Shown piece after piece: positions 24,240 through 36,193 of a stretch of 64,000 nt of DNA (position 1 is its first letter; each line of letters starts with the position of its first letter). The DNA is from Lingula anatina. Taxonomy: Eukaryota; Animalia; Brachiopoda. Both the position numbers and the translations under genes were made by a program. The stretch spans positions 18,972,001-19,036,000 of the forward strand of contig CM120640.1 in NCBI GenBank assembly GCA_051362555.1, read 5' to 3'. The notes beneath the pieces were generated by a model that saw nothing but the letters and a program-made list of their open reading frames with translations, was not told where the DNA came from and made no database searches.

Positions 24240-27200
24240 CGGTAATGTGCCATGAATTTCGAACAGTAGAAAATAATTAAATTTGGGAAAAGATCGTTCT
24301 GGCCGAAATTCATGAAATGGAGGTGCTCAGAACTTCTGAAAGTTCGAATTTCATGGAATTCTGTCAATTTTGACCGGAAGTTGTCTGTTCGTCGCTAGGC
24401 CTTCTGTTTTCTTCTCCCGACGATCTATTTAGAGTTACCGTAATGTATGATGTGTGAGTGTCGGTAATTGCGACCAAAGGTATACACGTACTTTCACCCG
24501 ATCACTGTGTATGGCCCATAGATAGAGCGGTACTGTTGTCTAGGGCCGCGAAACAGCATCGTTATCAGTAGTGTCGTTTTTCAAAGCGATTCTGGCAGCC
24601 AGAAACTTGTGTCGTTTTTCAAAAACGATCCTGGCGCTCAGAACGGGAGTGGACGGAGGGAGAGACGGTCGACGATTAGCGTCTGCCACGGCCAGATAAC
24701 CTTTACTATGAAAGCTTAGTGTTTCCGTTGCTCCTTTCCGTGCACTGAAACCGAGACGACAGCCGATCAGTGTCTATGGCGCACGTGCAGGTAGCCTTCA
24801 TCTGCGATAAGTGTCTTCCGCGACCAGGTTCGTTGCCTTTACCGTTAAAGTCGGGCGGAGCTTTACGCGCGGATGCGTCCTCATCTCGCCGTTCGCGGGT
24901 CGGTGTCTCCGACGCATACGTAGCCTTCCCTGCAGAAGCCGGCCTCGGCACTACGGCCTCTCCTCCGTGCGGGGAGGCCACTACGACCGCAGATCGGTAT
25001 GTGCGGCGCACAGGTAGCCTTCGCCACGGCAGCCGAACTGTGTATTACGGTCTCTCTCCGTCGTGCGCTGTGACCAAGATGACCGCTGATTGTTGTCTGC
25101 GATCAAATATATTAGGTTTAGGGGGGGGGGGGTGCAGGGCCGTTTTTTTTTTTTTTTTTTTTTTTTTCGCTCAGGCAACCCAATCTTAACCAGCAGCAGC
25201 AACTGATTTCCTGGCGCATAGTTGCGTCAAAGTACGCATTTGAAAAGCGTGTACGTTTTGTCATTGAAACCATCTTCAAACAAACGCGAGAGATAGGTAA
25301 TCTAGAGTAAACCGAAAAGGCAGTTTTTATATTCGTTCAAGGGAATGGAAGATCGTCAATGGGAGATAGTGAGCGATCTGAGCGCGACAATAAGCCAATT
25401 TCCACACTAGTTCAAGGGACTTCGTTACTATATTCGTCAGCAAGAGATCGTCAGCGATTCGAGCAAGCATAGAAGCTTGGACTTTTTGTCCATGCTAGAA
25501 GGCAATATTCATGTAGTCAGCAGGATATGGTTTGCTGGTTTGCGACAGGGGCGTAACCAGGCATACGCACGGATACACTGTGCGCATATAATTTTTTGGC
25601 AAACCATGATATTATTCTCTATAAATCTAGTGTACTTTTCAAGGAATATTATCGAAAATCCCCTTCGATTATAAGTTAACGTCACCTGAATGTACAAATT
25701 CTCTGTATAATTTATATATGCACCATTGTTCTGACACCCTTCCCGTATGCTTTCACAGAACTGAGGTAAACAATACTCCTTACCATCTGAAGTCCGATCT
25801 TAATCGTCCATCTAGCTGGAACTTGCTTTACCTCTTAATTAGAGGGTAAAGTGCCCTTCAGCTCACAGGTAGCTTTTGTCTTGAGTGTATCGAACGCGAC
25901 ATTTATCTCAGATAAAAATCTACCTGTGTGTTATTTTCAAAGAGCTGCTCCAGCAGACCTGGGGGCACTAGATAAATCTGATCATCGGGTTAAACAAGGA
26001 GCCAGAGAAACAAAGGAAGATTGATTTTTCCTGCAAAGTTTCAAAGAATTTTGACACGGACTTGATCCAGCTTAACCCTCCAAAATAACGGGGTGGCATG
26101 GGCAATTTTTACAAAATTTAGAAACAATTAAACTTAGATATATTACAATTTTATCCTTTAATATAATTTTGGGAGGCATGCACCCGCATGTAAGCTGGGT
26201 GATGTCAGTAAGCCCCTAGTTAAATAAATATACCCTTATGAGCAAGGGTTTTCCCAGCGAACCGTCCAGCCGTCATTTGGACGGCCGCTGACATCACCGG
26301 ACAGCCTATATTTTCAAAGACGGCTAGACGGCTTGCGACTTTTTTTTTAATGACGTCTTGGCTTGTCGGGACAGCCGTGGACGTTGTAAGAAATTTTCTT
26401 AGAGTAATTTGACGTACCTAGCTTTTATGATGCGTCACAGATGAATGGTACTACTTTGTAGTGTACGCTGATATTCAGTCACGACGAAACTACTTCCTAA
26501 AGCTTACAAAACACAATAAAATGTTTCTATGAACTTTAAGATACACATTCCACGCCGTATGCAGCAGTGACAAGAGTGAGCTTCATGCGGTACAAAACAC
26601 TAAGCAAACTACAGGCCAATTTGTGAAAGGGGACACCTTCCGGACCTTCATACGCACGGCAACTGACAAAGCTGATTGACAAAAAGGAAAATTTCAAATT
26701 TTCAGCGAGAGATCGTTCGCAATCCGAGAGAGACCAGGAGGCAATTTTCATATTTGTTAAAGAGACTTCGTAAGCCAAAGGGTGAGACAGAACGCAATTT
26801 TCGTATGGTCAGCGTCGCAATCCGAGTGAAACGAGAAAACTCATACTCGTTCAGTGGCTTTCGTTTGCAGAAGATCGTCAGCCGGAGATCGTTCTCGATT
26901 GTTTTAAACCCTCCATCCCTCCCCATTGGGATTTATAATTTTTAAAAATATTTTTCATTTCATTTGTACATTTCAAGTGACTTCATTAGCGGAAGATCGT
27001 CGGCGGGAGATCGTGAACGATCTGAGCGAGACAAGAAAGCAATAATGGTAGTCTTTATTGCAGCTCTTAATATTGCTCTTTTGTTCTGTTACTGAAGTCT
27101 CTACTGTTAACAATGCTATTGTGCGCCTCAGCAAAACTACCGATCGCTATCTCGCACCGAATACTGCGGTAAAGAAACAACAGCCCGACAGTACAACTCT

Positions 27201-27525
27201 TAATAGATTCTCCTGTTATCTGAATGAATGGATATGACGATGTTGTTTAGCGTCCTAAACTAACGGTACCGATCGTTATCTTGCACCTTGGGCCGCACAC
27301 GTAGTACGCAGGTAAAGGTACGCTAGGGCAACATTGCCGACTGTTAGATCTTTATAAGCGCGAGAATAGCCCGGTGGCCGATTTTAAGGTGTACGAAATT
27401 CACGAAATCAAGATCGCGCAAAATTGCTTACTGGCCGAAATTCATGGTCCAGAAAAAACTCCAGACGGCCGATTTTAAGATCGTTCGAAATTCAAGAGCC
27501 GTTCGAAATTCATGGCACTTTACCG
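24240..27525. mobile_element. Non-autonomous TA-flanked TIR DNA transposon (Tc1/mariner-like), about 3.3 kb
   Basis: 25-bp TIRs CGGTAATGTGCCATGAATTTCGAAC (24240-24264) and GTTCGAAATTCATGGCACTTTACCG (27501-27525), 1 mismatch; TA on both flanks; subterminal CGAAATTCA repeats at both ends; no transposase ORF recognised. Confidence 0.8.
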
Positions 27526-29110
27526 TAATAACTGAGACACGTTTCAAATATGGAATCCAAAAGGGGATTACATGGCAAGCTTTCAAGTATTTGATCCACA
27601 GTTCAGTTAGTCTGCAGATCAACTTGGTTGTGAACAGTCTTCAACTAAATTCTCTGTGCTATTAAAAAATACACATTAGCATGTTATTTTTGAGTCATTT
27701 TTGGATAGTTAAAGGATTTTAAAAATTGCACTTTTTGTTTCTTTTTAAAAATTAATCTGGTAGGTTATTCATTTTGCCTTGCAAATGCTAGTAGCAACCA
27801 AGTTTATTTGACTTTTGAATCAGATTTAATTTAATTTCTTCATTATCTTTGATGTTCCTTACTAAACTATATATTTCAATTAAAAATAAGTAAGGGTAGG
27901 TAGCTGCATATGAACACTCATTTGTAATTGGTGAACTCGTTCGAGTGCATTTATTTACTAAAATACCAAAAAAGACACTATTACAAACTAATATCAAAGT
28001 ATTAAAATATAAAGTTACATATAACATTTTTACAATGTAAGTTCAATCAAATGTCTTCAACACTCTCCTCAATAACAACTGCACTACTGTGGACAAAGCA
28101 AGTGTACACACTAAACTAGAAAACAAAAACCTTGAACAATTAGCAGAAGTACTGATATCAACTTAAAATCTATGACGGCTTTTAGATAATATCATGTGTA
28201 CTTAGAAGCAATGCTGACTTGTAAAACAGTTTACCTGAACATCAAAAGAACAATTATACCTTAACTATGAAATTCAAATAGAAAAAAAAACCAGACCCCA
28301 CAATGATAATACTGATTTTGAGCATTAATATCAAGCACCAATACAAAACAATTGTAAGAGGGAAAGTGTACAGCTTGTACATTACAAATTCATCAGCATA
28401 ATGTCAATGACTCTTGGAATACAATTATGACCAGAATGGAATGCACTTACCCAGAAATGAATGTCCACAACAAAACCACAACCGTTTTTCCACAATAAAA
28501 CCAGAACTGTATGTCTATAACAAAACCAGAACTGCATGTTCACAACAAAACCAGGGAAACATAGCCATGGAAAATAACATTTTGTCCATTTCCAAGTAAA
28601 GACAAATATATTCTTATTACACAGTTTTTCACTTTCAACAGAAAAATAAGTTTTGCTATTCTCCAGAAAAAAAAAAGAAAAAGAAAAAAAAAAAAAAAAC
28701 AATCAATATCATTCAATTTATGATAAATGGTTGGCCACTGCAAAATACAAATGCCATACAGATATCCTTAAATTTCCTTTTCTATCAATATTTTTGCTAC
28801 CACCATATGGTCAAAATGAATAAACTTGAATAATTCTCTCTAAATACTCTTCTTAACCAGAAGTACAATATAGTGATGTTCTTCAAACACTGTAGGTAAT
28901 ACCATCTCTAGATTAAACATGCTTTCTCTAGCGAAGAATAAGCATACGTATCAACTTAACAACTTGGTGATATAAATGACAAAGTACCCAGTGTCACTGA
29001 AATTATACCTAACTCTATAAGTAGAAAAAGAAGAGACAGAATTCTTATGCTTGAGCTCGGTCTCGTTTTCATAAGCCCTGTGGAATGGAGTTCCACTTGA
29101 ACTCTCCAAG

Positions 29111-32082
29111 TTAGTGGCGTTTCCCTTTGCTCTGAAATCATTAAAAATATTCAACATGGCCTATTAATCTCATGAAGATCTGTCATTGCTCAGTTTACTT
29201 ACTTTCTTAATGTGTCTGGCACATTGAAATTGATTAAAATGTTTACTCAATACCCAACTGTCATCAATGACATGCTTTCACAAGCATTTTCACAAGCGGC
29301 GGCTGTTAGCAGATGCATAGAAAGAAGCGTACGTGCCTCTTTTATTTATATGCATCTGCTAACAGCCGCCGAAATATTTATAAATGTATCATGATGAACA
29401 GAATGAAGGGTTTCATCACAAATAAATAATATCATTACAATATGTAATCAAATCTATTACCATGTCAATAATCTCATTCAGACACCCACCTTATACTTGT
29501 GGAAGCCTGCACTTCTCTTTAGTGGACAGTTACGCTGAACATGGCCTAATTTATGGCAGCCAAAGCACCTGAAATTGCTAAGGTCCCTGCTCTCCAAATC
29601 TCTACTCCTGGGGACATGTTCAGGATGTCTAAAATATGAAGTTCACAAAAAATGTGAGGGATATCACATGCACAAACCCAGCGCTATGAGAAATTTCTCA
29701 GAAGAGTTTGGTGTACAGCAGTGCATTCTCACATGCCTAAAGGCAAGTTTACACTGAAGATATGTCAACTTTCCTTGGTGCAACCTCTCTCTTCTGGAAG
29801 CATGGTTAAAATGAGTTTAGCACAGCAGATGTACTATTTTTTTTCCCTCCTCACAACTTGTGTCCAATTATGAAGCAAAGAAGGATTACACTTGCTACCT
29901 ACAAGTCACAAAAATACTAAGTTTGCAGAGAACGGCCTCCCTCAAAAAGGTCTACCTATATTCAATGTAAATGCATCTTAGATCATTTGAAAAATGTGCT
30001 ATACAAACAAACAAATCAAATTTCTATTACCAATTTTGATTCAAAATCCATAATTACCCAGGCATCAAAGCGCGAGGTCCTAAGTCACTCGTTACAGATG
30101 ATGGCGAGGAATTCAAATCAAATGGGAAGGAAGGCATGTTATCCTCATCCCACACACTGTCATCATATCCATCTCCCCCATCTTGCTGATGATCACCCTG
30201 CCCTCTGGTGGTGTTATGCAGGTTCCTGTCTCGATGCCAGTTAGCAGGGGGTGTGGTGTAGCACCTGTCTGGCATCTCTTGATACTGATCTCCGTGCGCA
30301 GGGTTTCCCTCTCGTGCCTGTGTAACCACGCCACCTCTATTGTCAGATGGGAACCGCTCTGTGTTCTGTTGAGGTGGACTGCGGTGTGCTGAGCCTTCAT
30401 CCCCTCTGTAGATCTGAGGCGGTGATCTAAACCTAGGTGCACCAGACTCACGAGAATCATGAGCTGATAACTGCAGTTGCTGCATGTGGAGTCCCTGCTC
30501 TAGGAGAGTGGGGAAATTATGTGGCATGTTATGGTTCATATTTGGAGGAGGCAGGTGAAAAGGCAATCTGGTCAGGTGTGCCCCAGGATGGAGAGGGCCA
30601 GGGTGAGGTCCTAGGTGTGGTCCAGGGTAATGTCCACCAGGTGGTGCATGTGGTCCTGTCTGTTCCGCAGGGATAAAAGGCGCTGCCCCTGCATCCAGCC
30701 ATGCAGATGCAGGCAGGTTTTGCTGTCCTGCACCCAGCAATGGCCTTGGTTCTCTCTCTGCGTACAGCATCAAGTCTGGAGTTGAAAAAAAACATGAACA
30801 TTTAAAATAGCCAATAAAGAACACTGACATAAAATTAAGAATTATTGCAGTCCATCTATAATATTATTTTCCACACAAATTGTTCCACCTTTTGGTTTTC
30901 ACTAGGACTTCCACAACTTCTGAACTAGTCTCTTTGCCAGCCTCTATACAGTTACTTTTTATCTGTATTATTATCTGTATTTTTAACTGACTAAAATCAA
31001 TTTATTTTTTAAGAATTCAGCAAAGTGACACAAGCTTTTCACTAACAGTATTTCATAACAGAAAAAATAGCTTCTTTATCAAGGAATCTTACTGTTCTGC
31101 TGGTGAGGCACTTCTACTCCATTTGTGGAGTCTGGACTAGTATGGTTTTCCTGAACATTTGAAAGCTCTAACAAAAAATAAATAAATAAAGTTAGACTAC
31201 ACTGTTGCCACATTACCTTGAAATGGTCAATTTCTGAAGCTTAACTTTGTCAAAACATTCCTTTTTCTCTAAGGCAAAAAACTACCAGCTATACATGTAA
31301 GGTTTATACATGGTTAGACACATTTTTCTCTTACCTGCATCATAAAGCTGCTGGGTGATGTCCACATGACCACTGTAAAGTTGAACATAAGTCTGGATGT
31401 TTGGCACAACTTTTGTCTGGAAAATAGGTACGTAAACTTGTTTGTTTTGAAAGGCCACAAATACTCCAGACTTACTACATATACATCAAATCTAAATAAA
31501 AATATCTTCAAAATGTTATTTGTAGATTAAAATTGATATTCATCAAAACGAAACAAATGTTTTGATTTTATCAACTTTTTACTTTGTGATTTTACAACTT
31601 TGACACTTTAATGTACTTACGACAAAGGCAGAAAGTTCACTCCCTTCAACTAAAGCTTTAAATGTATCTCTCGCCCGATGAGAGAAAACAGGGCATTCCT
31701 CTTTGGATATGCTGCACTTTACAGACTGAAATAATCCAACAGTTACATATCTGAAACAACTTTGTGTCACAACATGAAACAAAATGGCACATTAACTGGT
31801 CTAAATTAATTTCTCTTACATAGGCCAACAATTAACTTTCTCTGCTTCAACTGACCCATGTTAGAAAAAAGGCATAAAACAAAAATGAACCAAATCTACA
31901 TTTACATGTTTTTGTTGAAAAAACTTTGAGGTAAATTTTGAGTCTATATGTTGGGAAGCTATCTACCTGAGGAGCCAGCAGGCTGTATGTATCTGTAAGA
32001 AGTCTGATAGTTTCCCTGTTGATGAGTTCAACCTGACCCTCATCATCTACCAGCTGTATTTGTACGTAGCCCTGGGGACCAG

Positions 32083-32127
<45 letters not shown>

Positions 32128-32602
32128 TCATGGGTCACAATGCCATCAAGATATTGGGGGGAAGTAAATTACAAATTACCAAATTGTTTACATTTTAAAA
32201 GGGAAGGTGTGAGGCTGTGAGTCAAGGAGGGTGTGAGTAAACACCCCAACAACACCTGTGCCCTCCTCCCTTCTTTATCCCCAAGAATGATGACTTGATA
32301 GACACCAAAATAGGGATGTGCAAATAATTCTCATCTTAACTGTTACTTTGAAGACACTGTCAAAGAAACTGAATAAAATCAGGAAAATCTAGAGTGTCTG
32401 CTCACCTGTCCAACATCGTGATCCTTCATCATCCCCCTCTGCCACCTGTCTTCATACTGCACTGCCACCAGCTGTCCCATAGACACATTGTCACATACTG
32501 GCTGGCTGTGCTCTGCATGAGAACTGAAATCAAAGCAGCAATAGATAGAGCTAAATAGAATATTTCAAATAGAATCCTACAGAGAAGTACTTTCTGTGAT
32601 GT

Positions 32603-32652
<50 letters not shown>

Positions 32653-34646
32653 ATTTTTTAGAAAACTAACACACCACAACATAATCAAGCTGCCAACTTT
32701 AAATAAATAATGAATGGATTTTGAAGGGCAATTCATCACAGTCATTAATTTACAAATTTCTTGAATCAACAGGAAAGTAACTTTTGTATCATCACAGAAA
32801 GTCAAATCTTTTGGGAGGCTCATAAGTTTCCAACATTATGATAATGATTTTAAAGAGACTGGAGCTCTTACCTCATGTCCTCCAGGAACCTATCATACTC
32901 TTCCCTTATTTCCTGGTTATAAATGAGGGACACTTGGAATGTGCCGTCTACACACAGGGGGCTGGTTACCCGCAGTTTAAAAGTAGCATCTGAAAATATG
33001 TGGAATTTTTGTTGACAAGTCAAAAGCTAACAAAGCACACACAAACACACACTCACCTGCAAGTTTGTTTTGTCTCCTCTATTTCAGTTAAACTCTATTT
33101 GTAGTATTAGTATAAAGACTAACTTATAAACATGTACATGTACTTGTAAACACCACATGGCAAAGAATCAGATTCTTATCAAGATTCATTTTCTGTATTT
33201 ATTAGCTAGAAAAGAATCATTAAAGAGATCTATCCCATATATACAAAAATTTCATCAACCAGTAAATACAATGGAATGAGGGTTGCAATCAGTGATCACT
33301 CAGCTTACCTTTCACCATTTGAATGTTTTGAAGTTTTGGATAATTTTCTGATGTTGCAGCCATCTTGTCTGTTTGTGAGAAGGCTTTATCCACAAAGGCC
33401 CCATTATGAGAATTGCTTTCACCTATGTCCAGCTGTTTTTCCTCCTCTTCCTCTATGTTGATCATGTGAGATTCTTGTACATCTGGTTCATCAGAAACTG
33501 TAGATATTGGTGGCCTTTCTGCTACATCCACAGGTAATACAGGAGATACTTCTTCTTCTTCATCAAAGTTTGATACATGTAAGTCAGATACTGGAGGCTC
33601 AGCATCTTCTGCTTTTTCAGACAAATCAGATGCACACTGAGAAAGTTCTTGTTCTTTTGCACTTTCAGAGGGCGTAGTAATATTCTCTGCATCCAGTGTG
33701 GCTGAAGCAGCACTTTGAATTGCAGTATTGTCATCGCTGTTAGATTCAATAGAAGCCAGCATTGGCATAGAGTCCACCTCCTCTGACTGACATTGTTCAA
33801 TGCTAGTATTGGAGGGCTCAGCATCTACATCATCGTCTTTTACAGCATCTGCTGACCCATTCACAGTGTGACGTATACTTACAATACCATCTGCCTCGTC
33901 TTCTTTCTTTTCTAGCAGACGAATATCTCGGCACATGATTCCTTCACTTTTCACCTGCTTGTTCTCCTCAACTGAAAAAAAAATCATTTTTCAATATTTT
34001 TTCTTTCCATATAACTAGTGAGGAAAAAGGCCTTAAGTCTTGAAAGACAGATTAACCACTGTATACATTGGTCAAATTGTTTAACTGGTATGTCCATGGT
34101 TCTATCATAATTGGCATGTCCAGTCTGACATAATTGACACGTCCATGTTTGCCTTAAATCCATTGTTTCAGCCTTAAATCCATTGTTTCTGCCTTAAATC
34201 CATTGTTTCAACATGAAAATAATCTCAAACATTATTAGTAAAATTCATTGTTTTTAGTAATTTAATACTTCATAACAGTGAGCTTCATTTCTCAAGTTCA
34301 CTTCGTATCTTTCCCTGATAATTTATTATAATCACAATACAAACAATCTATTTTAAAATCAGGGAAATCAATTTTTATGATTTTTTTCAGGGAAATTTAT
34401 TTTCTTTCAAGGAAAGTAATATACCAAATTCCTTATCCCGCAGGAAAAAAATAGGGTTTTCTGAACATTTTATTATTTGGGCTAAATGGGAGGACACACC
34501 GTGCAATATAATATAACCTATTTCACCTGTCAATACATACTTTTCTTTAGAATTGTTTCATTTATGCTGGTTTCTTCTCCATTTAAGTATAGATTAACCA
34601 CCCACACATCTGAATGGTCAGCTGTCACCTTTTTATACCAAAAAAC

Positions 34647-34686
<40 letters not shown>

Positions 34687-36152
34687 TAAAATTTAAACAC
34701 AAAACATGGGCCAATTTTGCTACAAAAAGACATAAATGTCCAATTATTGCATATTGTGCTGTAACTATTAAGAAATTTCAGGCCAAATGCTCTGACCATA
34801 AACAATTGTGTTACAAATATTCATAGATACATAACAATTGTGCTGTGCCATGGCATTTTAAAACAAAATTAATCAACTTTCTAACATATGCAGCACCTTG
34901 TTCCATATGGCAACTGATGTTATTGTACCTATTGGATTCTGTGCTGCACTTGTCTTCAACGTATGAATAAAATCCACTTACAAGCAAAGTCTTGGATCAT
35001 AACGGTTATCAGAGTTCCGTACCTTTTCCTTGATCTGACATCCAAGTTGCTCTCCTTTGACCCTGTCTCCGAAATACCACCTTGCATCAGTCGGGAGTTG
35101 TTCCTGTTCTTCGCTTGGAGAAAAGAGACAACATTCCAATGCCTAAAAATCACAATATGGAATCATATTAATGGAGTTAGAAGTCAAATTAGATCCGCCA
35201 TTCATATATCAAAAAGCAAATACCAGATAACGCATGAATATATACATTGTATTGTGTAGTTGTAGTTCACATGTAAGGGATATCATGCTTTGTTCTGAAG
35301 AAAAAAAAAAAGAAATGATGGTAATGAACATTAACCCTTTTTCTTCATCCACCAAAATGTGCGATGGGAAATAATTTTTGTATTTCTGTGTGCCCTAAAT
35401 GATCCCTGAGATGACCAAATAAAAACATGACAATACTATTCTGAGAGATTTATTTTTCCATAATGTTCAGTTGGTGTTGTTTAAAAATTTTGGCAAACAA
35501 ATCAACTCTTAGCAGTTAAAACAGGGAAATAAAGCCACCACACATTATTTACTGAAAGGTTGATAAATGTCATTACACACTGATAATATCCATTGTTTAA
35601 ACCACTGCTGTATCAGTTAAATGCTCTGATCCACTAATGCCTATCAACATTTGAATACTCATTCAACAGATGTGTCAGACATCATCATGTGCTATCATTA
35701 TGCACAGCAACTTGACAGAAAACCTCGGTGAGTTTTTTCAAAGGATCATTTGATTTGTTGACAAATATTAAAATGTGAGACAAATTAAAGTCATTAAAGG
35801 TCAAAGGTTTTCTAAAACAGAAAGGATACATATACTTATGAAATTTATCATATCAACTTATATCCATGTCAAAGGAGCCCATTTTAAAAATAATACGCAA
35901 ACAGAAAGTAATTTTCCATGGTTAAAAATAAAGTGGAAATGGCAGTTTTCTTAACTGGAGACAGGACTGTCTCATACTTTAAAGTAAAAAAAAAAAGTAT
36001 TTTTGTATTAGGGCACTGTAAAACATAACATCTCTAGTAAATATTAATATTGAATAGAAGAATACCCTAAAATTAAACTTCTTGTAAGTAAATATTGATC
36101 AGTTTGAAGATTATACAGTTTTCCACTTTGTGTTCTCTTTATTGCATATCTG

Positions 36153-36193
<41 letters not shown>

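Noticed and set aside
24706-25189. GC-rich overlapping ORFs (101-139 aa)
   Set aside because: No recognisable motif, they run into homopolymers and lie inside a TIR element; expected by chance at this GC content.
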